Virus record (IMG/VR): IMGVR_UViG_3300022074_000024
Span: 7,803 to 71,802 of that record
Length of the DNA: 64,000 nucleotides
Strand: one strand, 5' to 3'
DNA from: a virus
In this document: piece by piece, positions 1-9,897 of the stretch
How positions within the stretch are numbered: position 1 is the first letter of the stretch
Layout: each line of letters begins with the position of its first letter
Notes under the pieces: generated by a model
The model's database searches: none
What the model saw: the letters and a program-made list of their open reading frames with translations, nothing else
What the model was told of the DNA's origin: nothing
Program-made: the position numbers and the translations under genes

Positions 1-2154
1 TTTACCTTTAAGACTCTTGTTGAATGCTCTCTTAATCTGTGCCTTTGTAGCGTCTTCCTGTACTTCAAACTCGGTGTCATTACCAAGTGCAGTTGATGAC
101 AATCCAAAGTATACATGGTATCCAGAACCTTTCAATGACACAGACTTATGCTTTCTCCAGTGCTCTAAATCTTTTTGATACTTAACCTCATCAGTTTCAT
201 ACTTACGGATAAAGGAACTACCCCAACTACTTGGCATAATACGAATACCTATGAAGTTTGTATCAGGAAAAGTTTGACATAGATCTTCAAGTAACATATC
301 AGTAACATCACCATAATAACCCATATCTTCTTTACATGCATAAACATGACCTGTCTTACGATTACGAAGATAACAATTACTACTTAAGTATGATGTGCCC
401 ATATATGGACGATCTTCCCAATCTCTTTGTAGTTCACGATTGAATCTAATTGTTTGAGATTCTCCATCAGTTAGAACAACACATTGAACTTTCTCAAGAC
501 CATTTTCTTTCTGAAAATGAGGAAGTATTTGATGTAAACAAACCATTGCTTCATTTAAAGGTGTTCCTGATAAATTCATACCAACTGGACAATTGTAGTA
601 TCCACCACGATGATCAAAATATTTTGCTAATCTAAAGATATTTCTCATTTGAGTATTCATATCCTTTGCTCTGGTTTTACTTGTAAGTAAATTCATCAAA
701 GAAAAACTTGAATCCATATGTAATGTGAGGTTTTTTTGTTCTATCTCACGATTTGGAGTTGGATAAGTATTTGTAAATGCATAAACCTCAAATGGTATGT
801 TTACTTTTTTACAGAACCATACAAGATTGAATAATTGCTTGATAGTGTCCATCAACACATTTTGCATTGAACCTGACCAATCAAGTAAGAATATTAATCC
901 ATGATTCTTACCATCAGGTATTACTGAGACTTTTTTGAATAGGTCTTCATTAAATTTGTAAGTGTGTAATACAGTTGTATCGAGAATACCAGTCCGACTA
1001 GTAGTAGCACGGGCGTATGCTGCAGCAGATTTTTTACACTCGAATTCTTTGACAAGATAGTTTACCTCCTTTTGTGCGTCTTTTTTAAATTGTGCGAACT
1101 CTCCATCAACCATTTCAAAAATATTCAATGGATTGAATTTATGTCCACGATAATCTTCATAGAATTTTGCAATGTTAGGATTCTTTGCAAGTCTCTCTAA
1201 ATATTCTTCTTTCCATTTTTTTTCTTCTCCTTCCCATTCAGTAACCATATCATCATGAATCTTTTGATTATCAATAATGAATTGCTTTAGATTGATCTCT
1301 GGCAATTCGACATAATGAGTTTCGTTAGAAGTTGTATTAGATAATTCTCGAAGAGAATCCGTGAATGTTTCATCTGTCTCTGCTTCAATCTCTCCACACT
1401 CTTCTCCACCTTGAATACCACTCGCAGTGCTAGATCCACCAGATTGTGTGACTTCCATTTCTTGCTCTTCACCATCTTCACCATTCTCATCTTTCTCCAT
1501 AGAAGGTTCTTCATTAGATTGACCTGACGTTGAATTGTTTTCAAGTGAACCCTCAGACTCTTCATCTACTTGCATATTTGCTTCTTCTGCTTTTTGCTTT
1601 TCTGCTTGAGTCTTACAATATTCAAAGATTAATTTAGCAACTTCTAGTACATCTTCAAATGTCTCAGTTAATCCAGTGCGATTCATCAAGAATGTTTCTT
1701 CATTACTAAAGAAAGGAATATCAGTAAAATTACCAACCTTGTAGTATAAATTGATTCTGTCAGCAAGATTAAACTTAGTAAGGTCTTTGCCCTCTAATTT
1801 AAAGAAGTCGTCTTCTGAGAGACTAGAGTAACCTCTGAAGAAAGTCTTAGATAAACCACCATATCTTCTCTTCATTAACTTCTCAATACGTGCATCTTCT
1901 ACAATGTTTACGATTGAAGCAGATATTTCATGATTAAACCACCACTCATCGTCAGGTGTATAGAGTGCGTGTCCAACTTCATGACAAACTAATGTATCAT
2001 AAACTTCTTCTCCTGCATTGTCCCAAGTAGGAAGAGTCAATACTCTTGTACCGACATTGAATGATGCAGTATCAACTGATCTATGTTCTACGATTAAGTC
2101 TTCTGTAGCAAGTAATCTAGCAAGTTGTCCTTTAACTTCGTGTTTGATTTGCAT
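1..2154 (-). CDS. Metallopeptidase + VWA domain protein (CobT-like), truncated at window start
   Basis: Not in the ORF track. ATG at 2154, MQIKHEVKGQLARLLATEDLIVEH..., HEVGH (HExxH), acidic linker, MIDAS-like FLLDWSGSM and VLTDGE; open to position 1. Confidence 0.85.
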   Translation of the reverse strand, partial: MQIKHEVKGQLARLLATEDLIVEHRSVDTASFNVGTRVLTLPTWDNAGEEVYDTLVCHEVGHALYTPDDEWWFNHEISASIVNIVEDARIEKLMKRRYGGLSKTFFRGYSSLSEDDFFKLEGKDLTKFNLADRINLYYKVGNFTDIPFFSNEETFLMNRTGLTETFEDVLEVAKLIFEYCKTQAEKQKAEEANMQVDEESEGSLENNSTSGQSNEEPSMEKDENGEDGEEQEMEVTQSGGSSTASGIQGGEECGEIEAETDETFTDSLRELSNTTSNETHYVELPEINLKQFIIDNQKIHDDMVTEWEGEEKKWKEEYLERLAKNPNIAKFYEDYRGHKFNPLNIFEMVDGEFAQFKKDAQKEVNYLVKEFECKKSAAAYARATTSRTGILDTTVLHTYKFNEDLFKKVSVIPDGKNHGLIFLLDWSGSMQNVLMDTIKQLFNLVWFCKKVNIPFEVYAFTNTYPTPNREIEQKNLTLHMDSSFSLMNLLTSKTRAKDMNTQMRNIFRLAKYFDHRGGYYNCPVGMNLSGTPLNEAMVCLHQILPHFQKENGLEKVQCVVLTDGESQTIRFNRELQRDWEDRPYMGTSYLSSNCYLRNRKTGHVYACKEDMGYYGDVTDMLLEDLCQTFPDTNFIGIRIMPSSWGSSFIRKYETDEVKYQKDLEHWRKHKSVSLKGSGYHVYFGLSSTALGNDTEFEVQEDATKAQIKRAFNKSLKGK

Positions 2155-2163
2155 GGTGGTTTT

Positions 2164-2325
2164 TTATCTGATATATCCAGTATACAACGAAACCCCACCG
2201 TTGGCAGGGTTAAGTAGACGCTTTATCAACTGTCTACGCCTTTCTCTTGCACTTCGTAATGCTTGAGGTTTAAGTTTTCTTTTCTTCTCCTTTTTGGAGT
2301 GATGTTGCCAATTAGGTACTTTCAT
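2164..2325 (-). CDS. Small basic hypothetical protein (53 aa)
   Basis: Hand-translated MKVPNWQHHSKKEKKRKLKPQALRSARERRRQL...; TTAAATA late-like box upstream. Confidence 0.7.
   Translation of the reverse strand: MKVPNWQHHSKKEKKRKLKPQALRSARERRRQLIKRLLNPANGGVSLYTGYIR
2179..2237 (-). promoter_or_regulatory. Early-type promoter module (palindrome, stem-loop, -10 TATACT) for the peptidase/VWA gene
   Basis: Palindrome gtagacgctttatcaactgtctac; its aligned 22-bp core is 30 nt from TATACT, the same spacing as the modules at 57.7-63.3 kb. Confidence 0.65.
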
Positions 2326-2434
2326 CTCTATCTACTGGTGGAGTATACTCATATCCATATTTATTTAAATACTCTTCAAATAATTCATCAGGAACTAAAC
2401 CTTCCCAATATTCCTTTTCAGTATACTTTCTCAT
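2312..2434 (-). CDS. Small hypothetical protein (40 aa)
   Basis: MRKYTEKEYWEGLVPDELFEEYL...; ATGA overlap with the gp46 stop. Confidence 0.5.
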   Translation of the reverse strand: MRKYTEKEYWEGLVPDELFEEYLNKYGYEYTPPVDRDEST

Positions 2435-4140
2435 ACTATTCTACTAAATCCTTTTACTTTGTCAAACTTGATGACACTATTGAACTTATCATATAACTCT
2501 GTCTTGTGTGATATGACAAATACATTTGCATCTTTAATCACAAAACGAATTATCTTTAAAAACTCATCTGTACCAAATCCATCAAGAGAACTATCAAAAA
2601 CTTCATCCATGATTAATAGATTAGTATTGACAGAGTTTTTAACTCTTGCAATCTCTCTCCAAGTAAATAAAAGTGCCAGATCAATTCTCATCTTCTCACC
2701 CTCACTAAAAGAAGAATATGAAAAATCTTCATGTATTGGTGATCTTACAGTTTCAACAAACTCTTCATTTAAAGTAAAATTGATATAGAAGTCCATCAAC
2801 TGCAAGTAACGATTGACTTGTTGATTGATAAATGGTAGATATTTTTTAATTATTTTAGTCTTGACACCATCATCCTTTAACAGAGAATATGCGAAGTCGT
2901 GATATACAACCTCCTCTCTTCTTTCTGAGGATTCTTCTAATGTTGTTTCTAGAGTTTTAGTAAACTCAACTAATTTTTCATTTTCAGTACTTCTATTTGC
3001 AAGTTGTTCGGTAAATCTTTGAACTTCTGATTCCAGATCTCTGATCTGTCGTTGGAATCCAGAAATCTGAGTATTGTTTTTAGAAATGCCATTGTTGAGT
3101 TTAGTAATCTCCTTTGATAATTGATTGAATTGACGTTCTCGGTTTTGCTCTTCTTTGATGGTCTCTTCAAGGTCATCGTAACCTTTTTTAAGTTCCTTCG
3201 CTTTAGTTTGAACGTCATTAATTCTATTTAAACGAAATGATTCTTCTATGTTTTGAGTACATGTAGGGCATGTTACATTTTCACTGAAGAACTTATGTTC
3301 TTTAGTAAGGGTTGCTACTTTATTGGATAATTTACCTTTGAATGTGTTAAGTTTCAGTAACTTTTCTCCTGCACCAGTTACCTCTTTTTGTTTTTCAGTA
3401 AGTCCACAGACATCATCTTCCAACCCTTCGTTCTTCATTGTAAGGACACATATCTCATCACTAAGACCATCTCTTTTCTTTTGATTTTCAGTAATATTAT
3501 CTTTCCCTTGCTCTTCCAACTCCTTGATAAAGTTTTCTTGCATGGATATTTTATCCTTAATATTATCCCTTTTTAGATCTAATGATCTTATCTTTTCTTT
3601 TTCAGTGCGAATCTTTTCTTTGATTAGAGTATTCATTGCGGAGAATATGCGAATATCTAAAAGATCTTCAATTACATCTCTACGATTACTTGTGGATAAT
3701 TGCATGAAAGGAACAAAACTACTGCTACCCAGTATAACAATCTGAGTAAATGACTTGTAGTTCACCTTTAATATATTTTCTTCTAGTATTTTTTGATTTA
3801 TCCTATCATCAGATTCCTTGTGCATTAAATTACCATCAACCTCAATATCAAACTTATTTGGTTTGATAGATCTTCTTACAAGATAATTCTTATTATTAAC
3901 ATTAAACTCTACCTCAACTACACAATCTTTTTCATTCGTAGCATTGATGAGTTGAGATTTATTGACTTTACGAAATGGTTTATTAAATAAACTAAAAGTC
4001 AAAGCATCCAACATTGTAGATTTTCCAGAACCATTTGTTCCTACAACTAGGTTAGTAGTATTTCCTTGAAAATCTATTTCACTCCAATGGTCTCCTGTTG
4101 ACAGGAAATTCTTCCATCTAATCTTTTGAAAGGTTATCAT
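2431..4140 (-). CDS. gp46: Recombination nuclease ATPase subunit (Rad50/SbcC-like)
   Basis: Walker A GTNGSGKST, CPTC zinc hook in coiled coil, FSEGE signature, Walker B LIMDEVFD. Confidence 0.97.
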   Translation of the reverse strand: MITFQKIRWKNFLSTGDHWSEIDFQGNTTNLVVGTNGSGKSTMLDALTFSLFNKPFRKVNKSQLINATNEKDCVVEVEFNVNNKNYLVRRSIKPNKFDIEVDGNLMHKESDDRINQKILEENILKVNYKSFTQIVILGSSSFVPFMQLSTSNRRDVIEDLLDIRIFSAMNTLIKEKIRTEKEKIRSLDLKRDNIKDKISMQENFIKELEEQGKDNITENQKKRDGLSDEICVLTMKNEGLEDDVCGLTEKQKEVTGAGEKLLKLNTFKGKLSNKVATLTKEHKFFSENVTCPTCTQNIEESFRLNRINDVQTKAKELKKGYDDLEETIKEEQNRERQFNQLSKEITKLNNGISKNNTQISGFQRQIRDLESEVQRFTEQLANRSTENEKLVEFTKTLETTLEESSERREEVVYHDFAYSLLKDDGVKTKIIKKYLPFINQQVNRYLQLMDFYINFTLNEEFVETVRSPIHEDFSYSSFSEGEKMRIDLALLFTWREIARVKNSVNTNLLIMDEVFDSSLDGFGTDEFLKIIRFVIKDANVFVISHKTELYDKFNSVIKFDKVKGFSRIV

Positions 4141-4399
4141 TCTTAGGGGGTATTACGAAATCGTCGGGTGTAATCACAGTATACTTATAATTATACATCC
4201 TACAGGTCTTTATGGCAAGCTCATCGTCAACTTCTATGACAGCCATCTCTTTTTGATATTTCTCGTCATCTTCAAGCATCATTGCATATCTTTCAGCATC
4301 GTCCTCTTCTTCAAAAAGAAACAATACTTTATCTCCTTGACTATCCTGCACAGCATAGGCACCATCTTCTTTTCTAGTTTTTAATGTAAGTAGATACAC
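4118..4399 (-). CDS. Conserved hypothetical protein between gp47 and gp46
   Basis: ORF track; likely GTG start near 4399 (xYLLTLK...FEEEDDAERY). Confidence 0.75.
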   Translation of the reverse strand: MYLLTLKTRKEDGAYAVQDSQGDKVLFLFEEEDDAERYAMMLEDDEKYQKEMAVIEVDDELAIKTCRMYNYKYTVITPDDFVIPPKNDNLSKD

Positions 4400-5433
4400 T
4401 ACTCCACCTCGCAAGCTTGTCTATAGAGATCCTTAAAAATGTTTTTGATAATATTTTTGTCGTATTCAAAGTCACTGTCATCAATATATCTATTCAAAAT
4501 TGAAAGTGTGTTCTCATCTTCATCAATATCAAACTCATCTCCAACCTGTATATCAAAATTTTCAATAATCTTAAGGTCTTCAACACCTGCACTATACAAT
4601 TTATCAACAAATCTTTCAAACTCTTTTGGATTTGATTTCTTACGAACAATAACTTTAACTATCTTACTCTTGTATGGAGTTGCATCAAACAATTGGTATG
4701 GAGTATCCTCATAGTAAATATTATGAAATAACCGATATGGATTATTAACAGGAGTATGAATACAAGTTTCTGTATCAAAGAAATGAAAACCTCTAGTATC
4801 ATTTACATCATTCCAGAACATTTCATATGGATTGCCAAGATAGTGTATCTTTCCATTTGTAGATCTTGTATGAAAATGACCTGAGTATACTGTGTCAAAT
4901 TTATCAAAGACAGTAGTGTCCATACCAGTTTCCATCATATGACCACGAGTTGCTTTGAATCCATTAATCTCTAAATGACCCATTGCCACTTTACTAGTGG
5001 ACTCATCAATCATTTTTTTACTCTCATCATAATTTTCTACATTAATCCAAGGTAAAAGAAGTATTTGTAATCCGTCTAATACAATTTCCTCTGCCTTTGA
5101 GTAGGTTATGATATTAGGATAGTCCTTTAATAATAACTCAGGTGAGTTGATTTCATTCGTATTTTTATAGTAACAATCATGGTTTCCTGTGATTGCATGA
5201 ACCTTATATTTCTTCATAGGTTCAAATATCACTCTCTTTGACCACTCTAAACTATAATAGTCAATTGATTTGCGACTGTCAAAAATATCACCCATATGAA
5301 TGATAGTATCAATATTATTCTTTTCTAACTCAGGAAAGAATATATCTTTATAAAATTTTTCAAAATACTCATGGAGATGCTTAGATCCTTTACGGGCACC
5401 GTAATGAGTATCGGTTATAACTGCAATCTTCAT
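4399..5433 (-). CDS. gp47: Recombination endonuclease subunit (Mre11/SbcD-like)
   Basis: Metallophosphoesterase motifs DTH, GD, GNHD, GH, SGHFH. Confidence 0.97.
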   Translation of the reverse strand: MKIAVITDTHYGARKGSKHLHEYFEKFYKDIFFPELEKNNIDTIIHMGDIFDSRKSIDYYSLEWSKRVIFEPMKKYKVHAITGNHDCYYKNTNEINSPELLLKDYPNIITYSKAEEIVLDGLQILLLPWINVENYDESKKMIDESTSKVAMGHLEINGFKATRGHMMETGMDTTVFDKFDTVYSGHFHTRSTNGKIHYLGNPYEMFWNDVNDTRGFHFFDTETCIHTPVNNPYRLFHNIYYEDTPYQLFDATPYKSKIVKVIVRKKSNPKEFERFVDKLYSAGVEDLKIIENFDIQVGDEFDIDEDENTLSILNRYIDDSDFEYDKNIIKNIFKDLYRQACEVE

Positions 5434-5909
5434 CTATTACTTGACTTATATTGAATATTATCTTTTATTGTATTGTAATCAGAACTACTACCTGACATTG
5501 CATTGTCATCTACATTCATGACTTCATCAAATCCACTTCTTTCTATGATCTTTGTTTTGATATCTAACTGTTTTTTCTCTTTTTGTATTCTTCTTAAAAA
5601 TGCATAGTGAATAATCTGAGTAAAGTATGCAAATGGATTTCTAGACTTCTCAGGATCAAAGTTATGAATATACTGAACACAGTTTTCAATACCATCAGAT
5701 ATCATATCATCACGAAACATATAATTAACAAAGTTTGGTTTGTATGATAAGTGTGTTGCAATCTTTAAAAAACATTCTCCGAGGTAGTTTGTAATTCTTG
5801 GTTTTGGTAAATCATTCTCTTTCGCATTAGCAACCTTCTCTCGATACACTATCAATGCCTCTAAGAGTTGTTTGTTATTAACATAATGTTCAGACTTCTT
5901 TCTAGGCAT
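5430..5909 (-). CDS. gp55: Late transcription sigma factor
   Basis: HYVNNK, NFVNY, DMISDGIENC, NPFAYFTQI motifs; synteny with gp47. Confidence 0.97.
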   Translation of the reverse strand: MPRKKSEHYVNNKQLLEALIVYREKVANAKENDLPKPRITNYLGECFLKIATHLSYKPNFVNYMFRDDMISDGIENCVQYIHNFDPEKSRNPFAYFTQIIHYAFLRRIQKEKKQLDIKTKIIERSGFDEVMNVDDNAMSGSSSDYNTIKDNIQYKSSNR

Positions 5910-5935
5910 TAAATGTCTCCGTCTATCTGTATTCT

Positions 5936-5985
5936 ATTATAACATACTTTCAGTACTTGACAAGTCATGTAAAAGTGTGTACAAT
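5936..5985. promoter_or_regulatory. Back-to-back sigma70-like promoters with overlapping -35 elements
   Basis: Minus strand: TTGTCA-N16-TATAAT with TGn extension toward gp55. Plus strand: TTGACA(5957)-N17-TACAAT(5980), antisense. Confidence 0.65.
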
Positions 5986-6012
5986 AACTCTGTAAGGGTT
6001 CAAGGGATAAAA

Positions 6013-6438
6013 CTAGCCTTCTTTATTATTCTTAAAGGGCTTCTTCCAAACTTCTTCAAGACTCTTACGAGCGTCTTCAACACTAGAGATATATCCCATT
6101 TTTCCATCAGGTTTGACTTCACCACCAGAAGGTAAGAGTTTAGTTATATCATCTTCTTCATTTGATTCTTCAACGTATCTTTCATATAATTTAATTATTT
6201 TTTGATCTTTAACTTCACTCATTGTAATAATTTTATCAGTACGGAAAACAAACATATCATCATCTGCTAACTCCATCCAAGGTTTAATCTTGACATACAT
6301 TCCATTACTAATCATTTTCATGACAACAGGAGTGTGAGCAACAATAATTGGTTCTTCACCAGTTTCGTCAACGCAAACCGATGCAAGAATTTCTTCTCCA
6401 GAAATCAATTTAATTACAGCTACGAATTCTTCTCCCAT
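6013..6438 (-). CDS. Conserved T4-like hypothetical protein (Sm-like N-terminus, KLISGEEI)
   Basis: ORF; usual position between uvsW and gp55 in cyanomyophages. Confidence 0.8.
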   Translation of the reverse strand: MGEEFVAVIKLISGEEILASVCVDETGEEPIIVAHTPVVMKMISNGMYVKIKPWMELADDDMFVFRTDKIITMSEVKDQKIIKLYERYVEESNEEDDITKLLPSGGEVKPDGKMGYISSVEDARKSLEEVWKKPFKNNKEG

Positions 6439-7901
6439 CAGTTTTTTAAAGGTATGTTTACAATATCATAATTAAAATTTTCTTGATTGTAGATTTTAAT
6501 TCTCTCAATCAAATGATTAAGTGTGTAGTTCTTTCTCTTATTATAACTTATATCGTCAGCAATGTCATATAATGTTGCTTTCAGTTTACGATCACCCTTT
6601 CTTAAGACTCTTCCAATAGACTGAAGATTCCGAATTCTCGATTTAGAAGGACTAGCAAATATAACGTTGTGTAAGTTTTTAATATTAATTCCTGTGGAGA
6701 AAGTTCCATATGATGCAACTATTATAGCATTGTTTTCACGTTCGGTGATTGCCCGAATATTCTCTCTATCCTCAGTTTCAACACCACCATGAACAAAGAA
6801 GACTTGACGATTACCAGTCTTACTTTTATTTATCAGATCAAATAATGGTTGACCATGTGCCTCAACACGACTGTATAATATCAGGGTATTACCACTTAAG
6901 TCTAAGGCAAGATTTTTAATAAATTTATTTCTTCGATCATGACCGATTATATATTGTATTTCGTCTTCAAATGTTTCAAATTTATTCGGTGAGTGTTTCA
7001 ATAGCAACACATTGATGTCCAAAGTTGCAACATGTCCCTTCTTCATTAACTCTTCGGTTTTAATAATCTTGTAAGAAGGACCAAATAAACCCTCTAAAAC
7101 CCACTTATGTGTCTGTGTTCCGTCAAGAGTTCCTGTGAAACCGTAACGATATTTGGCATCAGCAAGTTTTGTCATTATAGATACTAGTGATTTTGATTTA
7201 AACTGGTGAGCTTCATCCCCAATTACCACAGAAAATCTTTCAAAATACTTTCGGGGGAGCTTATAGATTGATTGCCAAGTTGTAATAATGACCTGAGAGT
7301 CTGTCTCTCTTTCTTTTCCAGCGTATATCTTGTGGCAAAATGAACCTACGTCCCAACCATAGTCTGCAAAATCTTTATACATCTGTTCTACTAACGAGGT
7401 CGTCGGAACGACTATCAGAGTATTTTTCCCTTTCTCAACAAAATATCGAACAATCGAGTATATCATCAACGATTTACCCGAAGCAGTTGGGGATATCAAC
7501 AACTTTCTATTATGTCTTAGAGCGTCGTATACTCCCTCTACTTGATAAGAACGTGGTTTGAACTTGCAAATAGAATTCATATAATCTTTTACACCCTCCA
7601 TTGATATGAAGTCGTTTACTTCAAATGGAAGTCCATAGAACTCGCTGTCTGTAAATGAATAATTATAACCGTGATCTCTACAAAATTGGATTACTCGATC
7701 TAATAATCCTACATATATTTCTCCTTTCTGAGTATTAAATAACCTTATCTTTCCATCCCAATACTTTTTTTGGTATGATGGCATATACTTTACACCAGGT
7801 ACTTCAAACGTAAAACTGTCTGATAGTTCATAGTATACATGTGGTTCTGCCTCAATCTTTAGGAAGACCTCATTTTTCTTTGAAATAACCAAATGAGACA
7901 T
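6438..7901 (-). CDS. uvsW: SF2 DNA helicase UvsW
   Basis: PTASGKS, DEAH, TGT, QSIGRVLR motifs. Confidence 0.97.
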   Translation of the reverse strand: MSHLVISKKNEVFLKIEAEPHVYYELSDSFTFEVPGVKYMPSYQKKYWDGKIRLFNTQKGEIYVGLLDRVIQFCRDHGYNYSFTDSEFYGLPFEVNDFISMEGVKDYMNSICKFKPRSYQVEGVYDALRHNRKLLISPTASGKSLMIYSIVRYFVEKGKNTLIVVPTTSLVEQMYKDFADYGWDVGSFCHKIYAGKERETDSQVIITTWQSIYKLPRKYFERFSVVIGDEAHQFKSKSLVSIMTKLADAKYRYGFTGTLDGTQTHKWVLEGLFGPSYKIIKTEELMKKGHVATLDINVLLLKHSPNKFETFEDEIQYIIGHDRRNKFIKNLALDLSGNTLILYSRVEAHGQPLFDLINKSKTGNRQVFFVHGGVETEDRENIRAITERENNAIIVASYGTFSTGINIKNLHNVIFASPSKSRIRNLQSIGRVLRKGDRKLKATLYDIADDISYNKRKNYTLNHLIERIKIYNQENFNYDIVNIPLKN

Positions 7902-7921
7902 AACATCTCCATCATTTCAGT

Positions 7922-7929
7922 TATTTATA
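7922..7929 (-). promoter_or_regulatory. T4-type late promoter TATAAATA
   Basis: Exact consensus 20 nt upstream of uvsW. Confidence 0.75.
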
Positions 7930-8370
7930 CTATGTTCTTTGAGTGAAATCGATACCTTCCATATGGTCGTATTCGTGTTGAAATACTCTAGATGCAAGTC
8001 CTTCCAACTTCATTTTGTGAGTTTTTTTATCTTCATCTTCATATTTTACAACAATCTTATCTGGTCTTTTAATCTTTAAGAAAAGATCTGGATAGGATAG
8101 ACAACCTTCTTCCATTTCAACTTCTTCGGTATATGACTTGATAATGCGAGGATTAAAACATACCATTACTTCGTTATGTTCTAAATCTCTTACCATTACA
8201 AATGCTCTTTCCCAGATGCCAATTTGGTTTGCAGACAGACCAATACCATTATAATGGATCATATTATCTACTAATGTTTTAGATAAAAAATTTCTATCTA
8301 AATTATAACTACAAGAATTAACTCGATGATGAAATAATTGATGTTTTGGTTCTACTAGTTCTCTTATCAT
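7930..8370 (-). CDS. def: Peptide deformylase (auxiliary metabolic gene)
   Basis: GIGLSANQIG, EGCLS, QHEYDHMEG motifs; likely start MIRELV at 8370 overlapping the uvsY stop. Confidence 0.95.
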   Translation of the reverse strand: MIRELVEPKHQLFHHRVNSCSYNLDRNFLSKTLVDNMIHYNGIGLSANQIGIWERAFVMVRDLEHNEVMVCFNPRIIKSYTEEVEMEEGCLSYPDLFLKIKRPDKIVVKYEDEDKKTHKMKLEGLASRVFQHEYDHMEGIDFTQRT

Positions 8371-8798
8371 TAGAATCCTGATTGAAACTTCTGCCATTCA
8401 ATGGCATTTTTTATTTGATATGTACGACCTGAGATGTTTCTAATTATCTCTTCAAGAAATTTAAGTGTGACATCATAGTATCTTATCTTCATGTCTGCTG
8501 TGCTTAACTTCTCATCTGCCTCCATATGCCTCTGTATTGCATCTTTTTCTCTAACCTTATACGGAAATGGGTCTTCTGCATATACCTCTGCAGGTGCTTT
8601 ACCAGTGTAATAATTATGTCTTTCTAAACGAATACGATTATATGACTCTCTTGCTTTCTCTCTTAATAAAGAAATAGTATTATAAACTGTGTAATACTTT
8701 GAGTGAAGTTGAGGTATTTTTAGTGATTCATTATGTAGATTATCAGGATCAATGGTTGCATCACGCTCCCACATCTCTTGAATTTTTTCAAGATTCAT
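8370..8798 (-). CDS. uvsY: Recombination mediator UvsY
   Basis: IPQLHSKY, YYTGKA, IKNAIEW motifs; synteny. Confidence 0.92.
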   Translation of the reverse strand: MNLEKIQEMWERDATIDPDNLHNESLKIPQLHSKYYTVYNTISLLREKARESYNRIRLERHNYYTGKAPAEVYAEDPFPYKVREKDAIQRHMEADEKLSTADMKIRYYDVTLKFLEEIIRNISGRTYQIKNAIEWQKFQSGF

Positions 8799-9343
8799 AG
8801 ACGAGTTCTGGCATCAGTATCAAATATATTATATACAGTATAACGCATAGTTGCCTCTGCTGTAAAGTAGTTTATGTCTGTTTCTGTAGCATCAAATTCC
8901 AAAGAGGTTAATGCAACTGGAAATAGATCGTTGAATTTTACAATTGCAACATCTTGAAAATTACTGTTTAGTATATGCAAACTACCATCACTAAACACTT
9001 CTAATGGATCTCTTAATCCATCTTTATCTGTAGTTTGATCGGCAAATTGTTGAGGTGTTTCTGGGAAACCAATACCTTTTAACCAATTATGCATTGCCAT
9101 ATAGTTTTGCATATTTTCATCAACAAGAAATCTTATAGTTAAATCACCATAAGTTAACTTTTCACCAGGTACATCAATATCTTTTAGATAAGATGGTTGA
9201 ATAGCAGTCCCAAGTGATAACTCTGGTATTCTAGCAGAATTTGAAAAAAATGCAACCTTTGGATATTTTGCCAAGGTAAACTTGAATCCAACAGGTGCGA
9301 GAAAATTTCGGTTTTGTATCTGGTTAACAAAGGGGTCAGCCAT
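8795..9343 (-). CDS. gp3: Tail completion / sheath stabiliser
   Basis: NFLAPVGFKF, PGEKLTYGDLTIRFLVDENMQNY; synteny with uvsY. Confidence 0.9.
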   Translation of the reverse strand: MADPFVNQIQNRNFLAPVGFKFTLAKYPKVAFFSNSARIPELSLGTAIQPSYLKDIDVPGEKLTYGDLTIRFLVDENMQNYMAMHNWLKGIGFPETPQQFADQTTDKDGLRDPLEVFSDGSLHILNSNFQDVAIVKFNDLFPVALTSLEFDATETDINYFTAEATMRYTVYNIFDTDARTRL

Positions 9344-9897
9344 TACTCACCTCCACCTCCATTACCACCGCCACCGTTGCCACCGCCGTTGCCTCCATTT
9401 CCACCATTTCCATTTCCGTTGCCATTTCCGTTTCCATTTCCATTTTTATTATCATCACCACTATCTGAACGATTATCAGGTGCTAAACGTCCACCATATC
9501 CCATCCTATATCCAGTTGGGATTTTTTTGCATTTCTTATCTGTAAAGCAATAATATTGTCCTGCAGGACATTTTTTTGCTTCGGTAGATTCTTTAAACTC
9601 TTTATAAGTTTTTTTTGTTAAAGTACTTCTGTTCATGTAATTTACAAACTCTTTTGATGCATCAACCATGTTATCTATATCTTCAAGAGATAATTTCTTA
9701 ACAGGAAATATATTAGACCACCTATAACTTAAATCCATAGGTGACTGATAAGCATTAGTCACCATGTAGCTCCATAGAGTTTTATCTAATCCTGCTACTG
9801 GTGATGATGCAGAACCACTGAAACCAGTATTACCTGTTGTAGATGGATCTGTATTCATTGTGGGAGCTTCTTTTAGAAACTGACCAAACTTCTTCAC
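9343..9897 (-). CDS. Putative internal head protein with a gp23 N-terminal copy, Cys motif and Gly/Asn tail
   Basis: MKKFGQFLKE leader, PTMNTDPS...VAGLD segment, CPAGQYYC...C, GN-repeat tail. Confidence 0.75.
   Translation of the reverse strand: MKKFGQFLKEAPTMNTDPSTTGNTGFSGSASSPVAGLDKTLWSYMVTNAYQSPMDLSYRWSNIFPVKKLSLEDIDNMVDASKEFVNYMNRSTLTKKTYKEFKESTEAKKCPAGQYYCFTDKKCKKIPTGYRMGYGGRLAPDNRSDSGDDNKNGNGNGNGNGNGNGGNGGNGGGNGGGGNGGGGE

Noticed and set aside
9282-9553. Plus-strand His-rich and Pro-rich ORFs
   Set aside because: Antisense shadows of the Gly/Asn codon run in the 184-aa gene
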